Source: Octopus sinensis (taxonomy: Eukaryota). From it: 64,000 nucleotides of DNA. Positions 36,626 through 50,984 of the stretch are shown here, in pieces; the stretch's first letter is position 1; each line of letters opens with the position of its first letter. The stretch spans positions 29,388,001 to 29,452,000 of the forward strand of contig NC_043017.1 of the NCBI RefSeq assembly GCF_006345805.1, in the 5' to 3' direction. The notes beneath the pieces were generated by a model, which searched no databases, had not been told where the DNA came from, and was given only the letters and a program-made list of their open reading frames with translations. The position numbers and the translations under genes are program-made.

Positions 36626-37366
36626 GGAATCATATATATATATATATATATATATATTTGTATATGCGTGTCTGGGTGTGTGTATGCGTGTGTGCTTGTG
36701 CATTGAACAGAATGAGGCAACGGAATGAAATCGCTTCACCAAGGAATTCTAAAAATCCTTAAAATTTTGCTTACTTTCTTCACGTCACATTAAATTAGCC
36801 ATTCCAATTTGCTCTCTCTATATTGTTTAAAACTTTTGAGAAATTTCACTTGTTTGAGTTTTTATCTCTCGATCCTGTTTTATATCGTTAATCATATCTT
36901 TGATGTGATATATTCTGTCGTCGAGCGAATGATTTTTGGTGATCAGTATTTTTCATGTTAGAAGTGTAAATTTCCACTTCAACAATGTAAAGGATGAGCG
37001 TTTCTACAGCAGGCTGTGAGGAATGGATATCTTATGACAATAGCGATCGACGAAGGATTGTCTTACGGAACAGAAACAAATCTAATGTAAACAAATTCAG
37101 CGGTAATGAGCAAGGAACAAGTTCCCCAAAATAAACATTGCAACTGAAGGAAATCCAATTGAACAGATACCTTAGATAATATATCTGGGATATAAGCAAT
37201 CAAGAACCAGGAATATGATAGAATGTAAAATAAAAGAGTGATGACGAAATCCGAAGGAAGTTGACATGGTTCGTACAGTGTATTGTATAACGTTGAAAGA
37301 TAGACAACGCCAAATTGATACCGAAATCCTTCTGAAAACAGAGATAGTGACTATTGACAATATCAT

Positions 37367-37742
37367 CATCATCATCATTGTTCGACCGTGGTCGAGACAA
37401 TGGAATTTACCATGCTACGCCAGACTTCACGGTCCATCATAGCATTACGGAGGTTCTGTTGCTGGATGCCTGTATCCCTGGAGATTACATCAGGGTAGGA
37501 GAGTGTGCGCCCTCTGGTATTGTGAGTAGATGGCTTCCAGAGAAGAGTAGAAATTGCCTCGTTTTCAGCTCTACAACAATGTCCAGCAAACTGGACTCTC
37601 CTACCTTTCACAAGAGATGACACAGGTGGTAGTTTCCCATATATTTGCATTTTGGTTAGACGACGCTTCCACGAGAGATTTTGAGCTCTCATAAGGAGGC
37701 GAGCGTAGGTTCCATCCAACCACCTCTCAAGCTTCTTTGATA
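37367..37742 (-). mobile_element. 5'-truncated RTE LINE with (GAT)n tail and 10-bp TSD
   Basis: LDGTYARLLMRAQNLSW...RRVQFAGHCCR...RGRTLSYPDVISRDTG...AMMDREVWR; TSD ACAATATCAT at 37357-37366 and 37743-37752. Confidence 0.92.
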
Positions 37743-38023
37743 ACAATATCATGGCCAAAATTCAAAACCAACAATGAAGTACTAAGTGTTGCAAAAACTA
37801 CGTAGATTTTATTTGACGGCTTCTACGAGAGAAAAGTAGAATATAATGGGCATTTAATGACAATGACTTTCCCAGGCTGTTAGCAGAAGGTGATATGGAT
37901 GGGAGAATTGCAATGGAAGACCAAGAATTACTCGAATAGGTACACTCAAAAATTTTGAAGTAAAATATAGCGAATGTATACATTCAGTAGAAGATAGTTA
38001 GTGATCATGATTCGTGGTGTTCA

Positions 38024-38471
38024 AGATGAGCGTAGGCGATTCTTGGTGGTGGTGGTGTGATTGCAATTGTTACTGATGCAGACTGCGAAAAAATGAAATT
38101 TATTTCAACAAGACTAGACTGGAAGAGAGAACGGAAAAAGACATTGTCGAATAGGGAAGTTCATCGACGCTCTTCCGATTACAGAGAGAGAGAGAGAGAA
38201 GGAGCGTGTGTGTGTGTGTGTGCGCGCGCCTACCGACGTACTCAATGCAAAAATTAAATGAAAAACATTTTGATGCTAGTAGAGGTATATTGTCACATAC
38301 ACAACGAAAGTGTGGTCTGTAATCGGAAGAGCGTTGACGAACTTCCCTATTCGACAATGTATTTTTCCGTTCTCTCTCCGAATCTTTTCTTGGTCAACTA
38401 AGATTCATTTTTTTCGCAATCTTCAGCACCACCAATAGCAGCAGCAGCACCACCATCGCCTATGCTCATCT
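38024..38471. mobile_element. Fold-back/MITE-like element, about 150-bp imperfect arms
   Basis: AGATGAGCGTAGGCGAT...CTCTTCCGATTACAG versus CTGTAATCGGAAGAG...ATCGCCTATGCTCATCT. Confidence 0.8.
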
Positions 38472-40089
38472 ATTATATATCTATTATATAATATATATAT
38501 AGATAGATAGATAAATATACCTGCTTGTTGTTCATACATATACTGCTTGTTGTTCTTCGTCTCTTGTTTTTCTATAAAGTTGACCTACACACATACACAC
38601 ACACATATATATATATATATGTATCGAAACATTCGATAGTAAAGTAGGTGTAATTTTATCGGTTTTGGAGAAAGTATAAACCAAATTTTCTTCGTCAAGA
38701 TTTGAAATTAAGGAATCAAAACACAAAACAGCATTTTCCTAAATAATTTACCTCTCCATTTGCCATTTTTGTAACTTTGTTATTTAGAAATTTAAAATTA
38801 TTATTTATTCTTTTTTTTAACTAAACAGAGGTAATTTTGTTAAGAATTGGATTATCCACACGATATTGACTTTTGAAATCCGTATATTAACTGCAATTTA
38901 TTGCATCAATGCCGGCGTACATTGAACTCAGTAAGTTAAGTGTACAAAATTTAAATAATATTAGGTTGTCTTTCTCCCTTTTGTATCAATTTCATGCAAA
39001 AATTATTGGAAATGTTCAATATGGATTATTTAAAATTATGAATTATGAACACCAGCTTTTTCATAATCCGCCATTTACAAACTAAATGAACCAGAGTCGA
39101 TGATTCTACACTCAAATATTAAAGGAATGGCACAAAACTATATAGATACGCAAATATAACATGTAGTATCCAATGTATAAACCTCGAAGGATTTCCTCTG
39201 GATATGTAATTGAAACAAAACAAAACATTTGCTTGAAAAATCCTCGTTAGGAAAGACTAAAAATAAAAAAAATAAAGTAAATAAAATAAAATAAAATAAA
39301 TAAATATATAAACCTGGCAATTGCAATTCTATTGTGCAATGACTGAAAAACAAATATAATTTTTCGAAGGATTGTTGCATTATTTTTGTTTAGTTATTTT
39401 TTATTTTTAGTGGGATTTATTTTTCTAAAGAAAATTGACGGTATAGAATGTTTTCTTTATGCCGTTTTCCTATTTGTAGGTGCTATTGTTCGTTGTACTG
39501 CATTTTTTTTCATAACTTATTAATAAACAACACAAACTTCAAATGCCTCAATATATAACAAAGTGGGGGATAGAACGAGAGGGACACAGACAGATAGAAA
39601 GACAGAGAGGGAGAGAGAAAGAAAGAGAGAGTGAGGGAGCGAGATAGATAGATAGATAAATAGATAGAGATAGATAGAATGAGAGAGAGAGATAGATAGA
39701 TAGATAGATAGATAAATAGATAGAGATAGATAGAATGAGAGAGAGAGAGAGATACGCGAAGGCTATTTCCCGAAAATAGACAATTGTTTATGATATCGTC
39801 AAAATAACAAAATATACAAATCGCAAAGGAGTAAAAAGTGAAAAATAATATTGCAACAGGTATAAAAGAAAATTTCCTGAGAACTACAGGGAGAAAAAAA
39901 AATGGAATTATAAATATTTCTCTAAAAATATTTTTTTTCTTCTGAAATTCTCCAAAGATTTTGTATATTCACAAATAAAGAAAATAGAAAGATTAACAGC
40001 CTGTTAAAATTGAATAGCAATAAATTGGATGAATGAAAAGACAGATGGAATTGGGAAGAAACAAAAATGATTCCAACCTGACAATGCAT

Positions 40090-40138
<49 letters not shown>

Positions 40139-40909
40139 TGTATATATATATGTATATATATATGTATATATATATGTATATAATATGTATATATGTATAT
40201 ATATATATATATGTATATATGTATATATATATATATGTATATATATGTATATATATACATAAATATCCAGAAACACACACATGCATATAAGCAGACAAAC
40301 ACACGAACACATATGGGAGCGGATCCTTCATAGATAATTGTCACTTTAAATCATTCTATTCAATGTGTAAGAAAAAAATAAAATGAAGAAAATAGAAGAA
40401 AAATAAAAAAGATATATTTTTGGAATAGGAGCATTTTGGGAATCAGAGAATGCAACTCAGATTTTGTATACAATAAAAGAAGGAAATAAAACAAGTTATT
40501 TGAAACAGGAATAAACTACATGAAAAATATCTTTATTTCCGCCTACTTGAGAATAGAAGAATCTTTTTATCAGACAATAGCATTTCCAAGTCTAAAAGTT
40601 TCTGTATCGCAAACGGTATTCATTCATTCAGTTGTTGTGTTAATGCTTTCATATCTTAATTCTAAATTTGTTTTCTATTATTTTCATCTACAAAAATAAA
40701 GCAATCTGTACACGTATGCACAATTTACTACAAGCTCTTCAGGTTAGTAATCCTGTTCAAAACTGAAGCGGATTCGATCAACGAGGAGTATACGATGAGC
40801 TTGGAAGGAATCTCAAAATGGTAAAGACTAAATGTCGTGAGATTGAAGAATTAGGAAAACAGTTACAATAGATTTGACAGAGTTTTACGACATTATAGTA
40901 TATCACTTA

Positions 40910-41483
40910 TGTTGTGTGGACGCCTCCAGACGATGAAGTAGGCTGGCCCAATACGTAGATATATATTTCTTTACTACCCACAAGGGGCTAAACACAGAGG
41001 GGGACAAACAAGGGCAGATAAACGGATTAAGTCGATTACATCGACCCCAGTGCGTAACTGGTACTTAATTTATCGATCTCGAAAGGATGAAAGGCAAAGT
41101 CGACCTCGACCTCGGTGGAATTTGAAATCAGAACGTAACGGCAGATGAAATACCTATTTCTTTTCTGCCCACAAGGGGCTACACACAGAAAGGACAAACA
41201 AGGGCAGATAAACGGATTAAGTCGATTCCATCGACCCCAGTGCGTAACTGGTACTTAATTTTTCGACCCAGAAAGGATGAAGGGCAAAGTCGACCTCGGG
41301 GGAATTTGAACCCAGAACGTAACGGCAGACGAAAAACGGCTACGCATTTCGCCCGGCGTGCTAACGATTCTGCCAGCTCGCCGCCCCAAATACGTAGGTA
41401 TAGAGGGAGAAGTCTAGACGTGAAGGAGGAGTAGATTTGAGTAGAGGACATCCGAACGTGCGACACAACAGTGGAGACGAGGA
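40910..41483 (+). mobile_element. Short 5' LTR followed by a PBS-like motif, interrupted by a SINE B dimer
   Basis: TGTTGTG...CACAACA then G-TGGAGACGAGGA (41472-41483), resembling the Gypsy-type TGGCGACGAGG PBS. Confidence 0.65.
40964..41385 (-). mobile_element. SINE family B dimer with 17-bp TSD
   Basis: TSD CCCAATACGTAGATATA (40947-40963) / CCAAATACGTAGGTATA (41386-41402). Confidence 0.9.
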
Positions 41484-41776
41484 CTTCCTAGCTCACGCAG
41501 CCACTGTGTAGTATTGCGATATAACAACTTAATTGTTAACTACGTTTCCGTTATATCTGCTCGTGCCTCTGTTTACACATGTTTGTTCCATCTCGAGCAA
41601 CGCCTGGCTCATAAAGGCCGGTTTCCTTGACGTATAGGTTCCCCACCTGATTTTTCTTCTTACTTTCCTACTATACATACATGCACACTGGGGGCACCTT
41701 CGTACTGGAAGTCACCTGACCCTGTTATCTCCCCTACTGTCCCTCTCGAGTCTGACAACTGTCCGAAGTCAGGATG

Positions 41777-41979
41777 CCATGATAGATCGTTAGCTCTTAC
41801 ACGCATTTTTTCCTCTTCTTTTTCTCTCCTTGTTTTTTTCTGTGTATCTTTCTGTCGAAGAGCGTAGGCTCGAAACGTAAAATACTTTTTCTATTTCTAT
41901 TCCTGAGCGCCAAACTAATACATTTGTTTGTTTGTACTCCACCTGCCTTCGTCTTTTGTTTATTCTGGTAAACTTTCCC
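41777..41979 (+). mobile_element. Family C element with hammerhead-like motif
   Basis: TTT-CTGTCGAA-GAGC-GTAG-GCTC-GAAACGT-A-AAA at 41849-41882; followed by (TA)n. Confidence 0.82.
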
Positions 41980-42002
41980 GTTATATATATGTATGTATGT
42001 AT

Positions 42003-42047
<45 letters not shown>

Positions 42048-42624
42048 CATATACACAAAAAAGAAACACTCTCACACACAATTGCACAAAGACACACGCA
42101 AAAAATCATATATATATATATATACATTTTATACGATGTAAAGACAGAATGAAAATTCTAAGCAGTTAACTATACTCAAAGCAATGGGCCGAAGATTTTC
42201 AGAAAATACGAATTAGTTTCACACAAAATTAAAATTTCCCATGTACTGTGCTTAAGGGGAGAAATCTCATACAGTGCTTCCCATGTTTTGTTGCCATCTC
42301 TCTGGAGGATTATCTCGGATATTTCTATGTATGCCCTCAGCAGTTGATTATTAAGCTTAAGGCATTTTAAGAGAGATGAAGCGGGAGCTGCGAAACTAAT
42401 GCATTTCATGTAAAGGTTGTAATGTCAAAAATGACGGCTATTTTAATTGGAGATTTTGAAAATCAATTTCTTTGCCAAGATATCGTAGATTAAGTTTCCA
42501 TTATAGCGATAACAATTCGATATTTCCCTGAGTTGCATCGAACGTTGAACTATTTAATATGAATTATTTTAACGAGAGTGCAGAAGTATCCACGATAACA
42601 ACTTTTTATTATTATTATTATGGT

Positions 42625-43285
42625 AGCGTGCTGGCAGAATCGTTACCGCGCCGCAAAAATGCTTAGCGGCATATTCCCCGACTTTATATTCTGGGTTCAA
42701 ATTCCGCCGAGGTCTACATGGCATTCATTCTTTCGGGGTCGATGAAGTGAGTACCAGTTACGCAGTGGAGTCGATGGAATCGACTTACCCGCACCCCACC
42801 AAAATTTCAGGCCTTGTATCTATAGTAGAAAGGATTATTATTACTATTATTATTATTATTATTTTCTACTATAGGCACAAGGCCCAACATTTTTGGGGAG
42901 GGGGCTAGTCGATTAGATCGAGCCAAGTACGCAACTGGTACTTAATTTATCGATCCCGAAAGGATTAAAGGCAAAGTCGACCTTGGCGGAATTTGAACTC
43001 ACAACGTAGCCGCGGATGAAATATCGGTAAGCATTTTGCCCGGCGTGCTAACAATTCTGCCAGATTGTTAATGTTAAGCGGTAAACTGGCAGAATCTTTA
43101 GCACGCCGGGTAAGATGTTTAGCAGCATTCCGTCCGTCTTCAAGTTCTGAGATCAAATTCCGCCGAGGTCGACTTCACCTTTTACCCTCCGGGGTCGATG
43201 TTATAAGAATCAGTAAAATCTCGTCTTGATGTAATTGACTTCCCCTCCTCTCAAAACTGCTGGCCAAGTGCCAAATTTTGAAATC
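42625..43285. mobile_element. Three SINE family B-type copies in +, -, + orientation
   Basis: GTTCAAATTCCGCCGAGGTC and AAAGTCGACCTTGGCGGAATTTGAAC motifs. Confidence 0.8.
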
Positions 43286-44369
43286 ATCATCATCACCACC
43301 ACCACCACTGTTATCATCATCCTCATCCTCAAAATTTACCGAAATTTGCCAAAAATTGCCTTCATCATCATCATTAATTTAACGTTACTGGAATAGCAGA
43401 ATCGTTAGGGTCTTTGATTTTTCCAGAATCATTCAAATAAAACATTATTTAACCCATGATATATATTTAATCATCAAATCGCAATATCACATCAAATTCA
43501 CGGTCTTGTCCCCCAACATGTAAATTCTTAATGCTTTTAATATAAAGGTATAAAATTAAAAAAACAAACAAAATTCGTTGCAACATCGGAATGTGCAACC
43601 TGTCTGCGTATATACTAAACCTTCCAATAGCAAATTCTAGAGCAGCAGAGCAAAATTGGTATTTAACTAACTATAATACTTCCTAAATGATATCTATTCT
43701 ACAGTAATTTTCAATATCGGTATATTTTATTTAAAATTATTTTTTAGCAGGTTTGTTTACGTTCTCTGGAAGTTACATCCATCTATGCGTTAATATGCAC
43801 AACTGGAAACGAAAACCGCTAAAGACTGAATTGTTCAAGAGCCTAATTGCAACAAACGGCCATATTCTCTTTCCATATGAGTAAATTGTGTTCGCGGTAA
43901 TTCAGTGCAAACGGCTTCTGTTTTTATGCTATTTTATAAAATCTCATTCTACGCCAAAATTACTAATATGTAATTGTAAATCCATTGCTCTTATAATACC
44001 GCATGCTTTTCTGATCATTTGTATTTTATAGTTTGATTCGTTTATCATATATTCAATTGCATGAAGGCTTAGGAGTACAATCACTCATTCACACTCGCAA
44101 TAACACACAGAGTTGCCCAAATGCACACGCACATAAAACGTTCCGATTCGTACATATTTCACGCATATACGATTATATATATATATATAAGAAATAACTG
44201 AGATTCATTTGAATTACGTACTTCAGGTGAGGTACCAATTTAAACCTGCATTATCCGCACAGCTCGAAGGTGAATAAAAATCAAATAAGTAATAAGGGTG
44301 TCAAGGTCTACCTTGACATCGTTGTTAATTATTTCATATATATAATTATAACAGTATATATCGATGTAG

Positions 44370-44700
44370 ACGTGGCTATGTGGTGAGAAGCTTGCTTCAC
44401 AACCACATTGTAACGAATTCAGTCCACTGCATGGCACATTGGATACGTGTTTTCTAGTATAACCTCGGGCTAACCAAAGCCTGTTTGAAGCAGAGCTGTA
44501 TTTTATATTTTCTTTCTTTGACAGAATTGTACGTCTAATACTGGTAATCATCTATCGTATATTTCAAAAGTCATCTATTCCCTTCCTTACAATTACATTA
44601 CTACACTCTCAAACACCTTCATTATTCTCACAAATTCATTTACATACTTCATTAGTTTTTGACTTATTCTGTCTCTTATTCTTTCTCCGTCGTATATATA
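44370..44700 (+). mobile_element. SINE family A head containing a 206-bp insertion identical to 49374-49579
   Basis: SINE sequence breaks at CCAAAGCC and resumes at CGTCGTATATA. Confidence 0.8.
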
Positions 44701-44705
44701 TGTAT

Positions 44706-44734
<29 letters not shown>

Positions 44735-44738
<4 letters not shown>

Positions 44739-45025
44739 GATTCTATAATTATGAGTATAATTATAATTAGGGTTCAGCAAAAATTTGCTTCACCACATAC
44801 CGAAATTTAGAAAAAAAAGCAGTTAAAAACTACTATTTCACTACCATTAGAAAATCCTTCAAACAGCAATACTCAACAACTTACGCAGGTAAAGAGTTGT
44901 TGAGTATTGATGCCTGGGAGATTTTCTTTTGGGAGGGAAATAGTAGTTTTTCACTGCTATTTCTAAATTTCGGTATGTGGTGAAGCAAATCTTTGCTAAA
45001 CCCTAATTGTAATTATAATTATAGA
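44735..45025. mobile_element. Old fold-back element next to (TA)n
   Basis: TATAATTAGGGTT...GCTTCACCACATACCGAAATTTAG and its reverse complement. Confidence 0.8.
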
Positions 45026-45395
45026 ATTTTTGTATAAGTTTTTCGATGATGGTCCTTTTAACATACCGCACTACTTGGTAAACTTATTAATTATTAATTA
45101 ATTAATTAATTAATTAATTTTACCCTTTATTACACACACACATGTATACAGAGAACGCATACGTCCACCCAAGCAGACAGACAGATATTTATTACGGGAC
45201 CAAGTGAGCCCGCTTGTGTTCATGGGTGTGACTTGGCAGTTTATTCAAAGTAAAGGATTATCTTGCGTTATTGTGTTACAGTGGTTTCTCCTCACCTGAA
45301 TATTCCAGGTGTGTGACAGTCATGTCGCAAGGTAAACACTGAGTGAAGCAATCCCTATAAGCTATACCGCTTATAGCGTATCTCCATGAAATCAT

Positions 45396-45799
45396 TGGCT
45401 GTGTGGTAAGTAGCTTGCTAACCAACCACATGGTTCCGGGTTCAGTTCCACTGTGTGGCACCTTGGGCAAGTGTCTTTTGCTATAGCCCCAGGCCGACCA
45501 AAACCTTGTGAGTGGATTTGGTAGACGGAAACTGAAAGAAGCCCATCGTACATATATATATCTATATATATATATATATTATATATATATATATGTGTGT
45601 GTCTGTGTTTGTCCCCCTAGCATTACTTGACAACCGATGCTGGTGTGTTTACGTCCCCGTCACTTAGCGGCTCGGCAAAAGAGACCGATAGAATAAGTAC
45701 TGGGCTTACAAAGAATAAGTCCCGGGGTCGATTTGCTCGACAAAAGGCGGTGCTCCAGCATGGCCGCAGTCAAATGACTGAAACAAGTAAAAGAGTAAA
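45396..45799 (+). mobile_element. SINE family A
   Basis: Head (5' trimmed) to tail. Confidence 0.9.
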
Positions 45800-46599
45800 A
45801 TAGTAGATGTATATGAGTGTGCGTGTACATGTGTGCATGTGTTTTCGAATGTGTGTGTGTGGTTGTGTGTGTGTGTGTATGCGTGTGTGTGTGTTTTCTT
45901 TTCCATTGACACTGGTCTTAAATCGATATGTAGTTTTATAATTCACAGCTTAGTGGTTTGTAATATACAGTAGAATAATATTTGCACAGATTAAATTTGA
46001 AATGAGACTCTAATGCAATACTTCAGTATCGCCATCATCGACATACAGTAACACACCCAGACACACACACACACGCTTGAGCTCAACATTGTGTACACTA
46101 CACAATATTGCAGAAGCACCCGTAATACAATAATATTTATCGAATAATCACTCGTTCCTTTCTGATTTATTTAGTTTTATATAGGTGCCTATATACATTT
46201 GTAATACATGCCTACACATATATGTACATATCTACATCAATCCTTCCGAACAAATGTGTGTGTGTGTGTGTGCGTATGTGTGTTTGTATGTACATTTGTC
46301 TAAACGCGTGTGAATGGCAGTGTATGTAAGTTAGTGTGTGAGGGTCTTTGTGTTTGTTCCAACGCGTGTATCGGAAATCCTTTAGTTGCATGGCGCACTC
46401 TAGTCGTTTATCAATAGTTAGTCCAAATTGTAAAGTTCAAACCAAGCACTTCCATATAAACTCGAAAATCTACATTTAATTCTAATTCTACATGAATAAT
46501 GTTACAATATCCGGGCCAAGTATATATTATCATTCCTGTAGTTTTCTGTGTGTTCATTCTAACATATGCACGCGTAGCACACAGTCACAAATACACCAT

Positions 46600-46637
<38 letters not shown>

Positions 46638-46689
46638 GACGCACGCACAAGATGTTGATAAATGTGTGTATGCGCATATATACACACAC

Positions 46690-46974
46690 ACACATGTATA
46701 TATGTGTGTATATATATACATGTATATATGTATATATACACATGTATATATGTATATATACACATGTATATATGTATATATACACATGTATATATGTATA
46801 TATACACATGTATATATGTATATATACACATGTATATATGTATATATACACATGTATATATGTATATATACACACGTATATATGTATATATATATATATA
46901 CACACGTATATATGTATATATATATATATACACATGTATATATGTATATATATATATATACACACGTATATATG

Positions 46975-47008
<34 letters not shown>

Positions 47009-47060
47009 ATATACACATGTAATATGTGTATATATGTATATATATATATACACACATGTA

Positions 47061-47094
<34 letters not shown>

Positions 47095-47294
47095 CTCATG
47101 TTATATGTGTATATATATATATATACACATATATATATATACACATGTAATATGTGTATATATATATATAATATATACACACATGTATATATGTGTATAT
47201 ATATATATATTACACACATGTATATATGTGTATATATATATATATATACACATGTATATATGTGTATATATATATATATATATACACACATGTA

Positions 47295-47333
<39 letters not shown>

Positions 47334-47400
47334 ATATGTGTATATATATATATATATATATACACACATGTATATATGTATATATATATATGTATATATA
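46690..47400. repeat. Minisatellite of about 22-bp ACACATGTATATATGTATATAT units
   Basis: Direct tandem units; source of the spurious ORFs at 46492-47585. Confidence 0.93.
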
Positions 47401-47547
47401 TGTTTATACATGTATACATTTGTGCTCCTTATATATGAGCATGTATAGAAATATATACACGTACACATACAGGTATATGTAGTCTTACGCAGATATACGA
47501 CATATATATACATAAATACATTTACACATGCATATGTATATATATAT

Positions 47548-47578
<31 letters not shown>

Positions 47579-47941
47579 GAAACACACATATTTCTAACTA
47601 TGTATATGAGCATGTTACATTCACATATACATATCTACACACACACATATAAATACACTTATATACGCACATTAGTAGACATATAAACAAGGACTTAAAT
47701 ACTGCTGAAACACACAGCCACACACCACACGCACGTACTCGTACCCCCTCCTTTTAGTAAATGTGTTCGGTACACAGAAATTTTAACAAGATGCACTTAT
47801 CGATTTACATAGAAGTTTCTAGAGGCGAGCCAAACGAAACAAAGTATTTCATGCAGGGAAATGAAAATGCGGAAGTTACAAACGGAAATCTGAGCTAGTA
47901 TCTATTCTATGATCAACACGGTGATGACTTCCAAGACTTAC

Positions 47942-48144
47942 ACACATAACTACACATTAAATCTGTATGGGCAAAATAAATAACCGCCATCAAAGCGACG
48001 TGGACATGAAATATAAATCTTGGAGCAAACTGAAATAAACTTTTCTGGAAGCTGTATAACCATAACGTAACTGATTCTGACATGACCTGTTTCCAAACTG
48101 CCTCTTCAAACGTGAAATCGATTTTCTTCATCCTTGAGCAACTT
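47942..48144 (-). CDS. Candidate 203-nt exon of an unknown gene
   Basis: Acceptor CATCTTTCCTTGTGTTTAG, donor TGT|GTAAGT, one open frame SCSRMKKIDFTFEEAVWKQ...TDLMCSYV. Confidence 0.35.
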
Positions 48145-48654
48145 CTAAACACAAGGAAAGATGCAAAGTCCGTCTGACTATAATAAAAATCATAGTTCTC
48201 ATGTCACTTGTCAAATAGTACACGTGCCCACCCAGGGTTGGTTAGTGAGTTTGTTTGCTTTTTTTTGTTTTATTGCATCTGACTAAACTACGAAGAGACC
48301 GCCTTCAAACAAGCAAAATAGTGTTTGGTGATTTACGACCCTCTGTTCAGATCGATATCTAAGTGCCTTAGTCTTTGTTATTTATTGCAGCTACGTAAAT
48401 ACACTTTGCCCTGAACCTTTTTATATAAAGTCAACTGTTTTCATTATAGCTTTTGTTGCTTTTATTGCTGTTCGCGGTGTCGGTGGTAGTTTAGCTGTTG
48501 CGGTTGGAAATCCTGCTTGTGCCTGAAGATCCTCTCCGATGGATATACCGATCTCGACCGGCTCTAGCTGACAGTTTTTGATATGCGATACTATTTAGAA
48601 TTACGAACACACATTTGTGGATAAGCAACATCTCTGCCTTGTGTGGCAATCTCT

Positions 48655-48860
48655 GGCGAGCTGGCAGAACCGTTAGCACGCCGGGCGAAATTCTTAATGG
48701 TATTTCGTCTGCCGTTACGTACTAAGTTCAAATTCCGCCGAATTGACTTTGCCTTTCATCCTTTCGGGGTCGATTAAATAAGTACCAGTTACGTACTGGG
48801 GTCGATGTAATCGACTTAATCCGTTTGTCTGTCCTTGTTTGCCCTGTCTATGTTTAGCTT
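48655..48860 (+). mobile_element. SINE family B
   Basis: GGCGAGCTGGCAGAACCGTTAGCACG...GTTCAAATTCCGCCG. Confidence 0.88.
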
Positions 48861-50010
48861 CTTAATAATAATAATAATAATAATGATAACATTTGTGAGT
48901 TAATTTTGAGACTAATTAAAGGTTCCTGTTTTAGCTTGAGTCAGATACCTAGACTTATTATTGGTTTAAACAAAAACAACAAACAAACAGAAAATAGTAC
49001 TTCTTCGTAAAAGAATGCTAAATGTATCTAAGCTAATTGTATATCTAATCTGCTGTCACCGTATGAATTTTAATGTATTTTTTTTATTATTCTATCGTAC
49101 CATCGTATTCATTTTCATATCTCTGTGAAATATTAATCAACTAGCATAATACCCGTCAAAATTGACAGGTTTATTTCAGTTTCCTTTCTGTAAACATTTA
49201 TCTCTCTATTTCAAGTTTTTGCAAGATATTTTTCTTGCGTTTCACGATGTCTTTAATGTATTTTTTTTCCATTTATTCTCCTTCTTTTCTTACTTCGAGA
49301 ATTGCTCCTTTTCTTTTGTTTTTGTAGTTTATTGTATAATTTCTTGGTGTGTTAATATGCGTTTTATTTCTGGTGTTTGAAGCAGAGCTGTATTTTATAT
49401 TTTCTTTCTTTGACAGAATTGTACGTCTAATACTGGTAATCATCTATCGTATATTTCAAAAGTCATCTATTCCCTTCCTTACAATTACATTACTACACTC
49501 TCAAACACCTTCATTATTCTCACAAATTCATTTACATACTTCATTAGTTTTTGACTTATTCTGTCTCTTATTCTTTCTCTTTTCCTTATTCTAGTTGCCA
49601 TTCATTCCCTACTTTCCCCAGGGTTATTTTGATCGAATATAATTTTTATCCTTTATTATACTTCGAAAATATATATTTGATAAAGATAATTATGAGAGAT
49701 GTTATCATGATCTTCATACACTCCAATAAATAAAATCCAATGAAGCACTCTACATAATGACAGGTAATAATATTCACTCTCTCCCACCCCCTCTCTCTGT
49801 GAATATATACATACAAAGACACACAGACTCACACGTGTCTAATAGCTTACTCTATCAATCTATCTCTTATAAAAATGTATATATATATATATATATATGT
49901 TCATATATATACATATACATGCACATATTATATATAAATATACTGTATATATACCTATAAATATATATGTATATATATATATATGTTCATATATATACAC
50001 ATACATGCAC

Positions 50011-50041
<31 letters not shown>

Positions 50042-50936
50042 CTTTATATATACTATAAATGCACATATTATATATATATATATATATATATATACTTTAT
50101 ATATACATATAAATGCACATATTATATATAAATATACTGTATATATAATATACTGTATATATAATATATATGTTATATATAAATGTATATGTATATATAA
50201 ATATATATATATATTATAAATGTATATGTGTGTAATATATATATATAATCTAATTATACATATATATATATATATGTATAGGTATGATAAATGTATATTT
50301 GTGTATAATATATATATATATATATACTATATATAATATAGCTAATTATACATATATATAATATATATAAATTATATAATCTATATAAATATATTTATGT
50401 ATATAAATACATATATATATATCTATAGAAATATATATTTATGTATATAATACATATATATATATCTATATAAATATATATTTATGTATATAAATCATAT
50501 ATATATATAAATTATATATTTATGTTATACATACATATATTACATATCTATATAAATATATATTTATGTATATAAATACATATATATATATATAAATATA
50601 TATTTATGTATATAAATACATATATATACATATCTATATAAATATATATTTATGTATATAAATACATATATCTATATATATCTATATAAATATGTATATA
50701 AATACATATATATATATTGTCTTCGTCCCTCCTTTTCTCTATCTCTTTGTTTCCTTTGCCCCCTTTCTTTTCTCTCTCTTCTCTCACGTGACCGCTGGTC
50801 AAACCAGCCTTTCGGCCTCGAAATTGCTAGGATGATCCGGTTCTTGACTGAAGATTGAAGGCTTCGAATGTCCCGTCCGTGTTTTTTGTATCGTTTTCCA
50901 AATCTTTTACGTTCTTGTCCCAGTTTGTATTTTTCT

Positions 50937-50984
<48 letters not shown>

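Noticed and set aside
38320-38360. TTGACGAA in the 38024 fold-back as a hammerhead core
   Set aside because: No helix II or GAAA follows.
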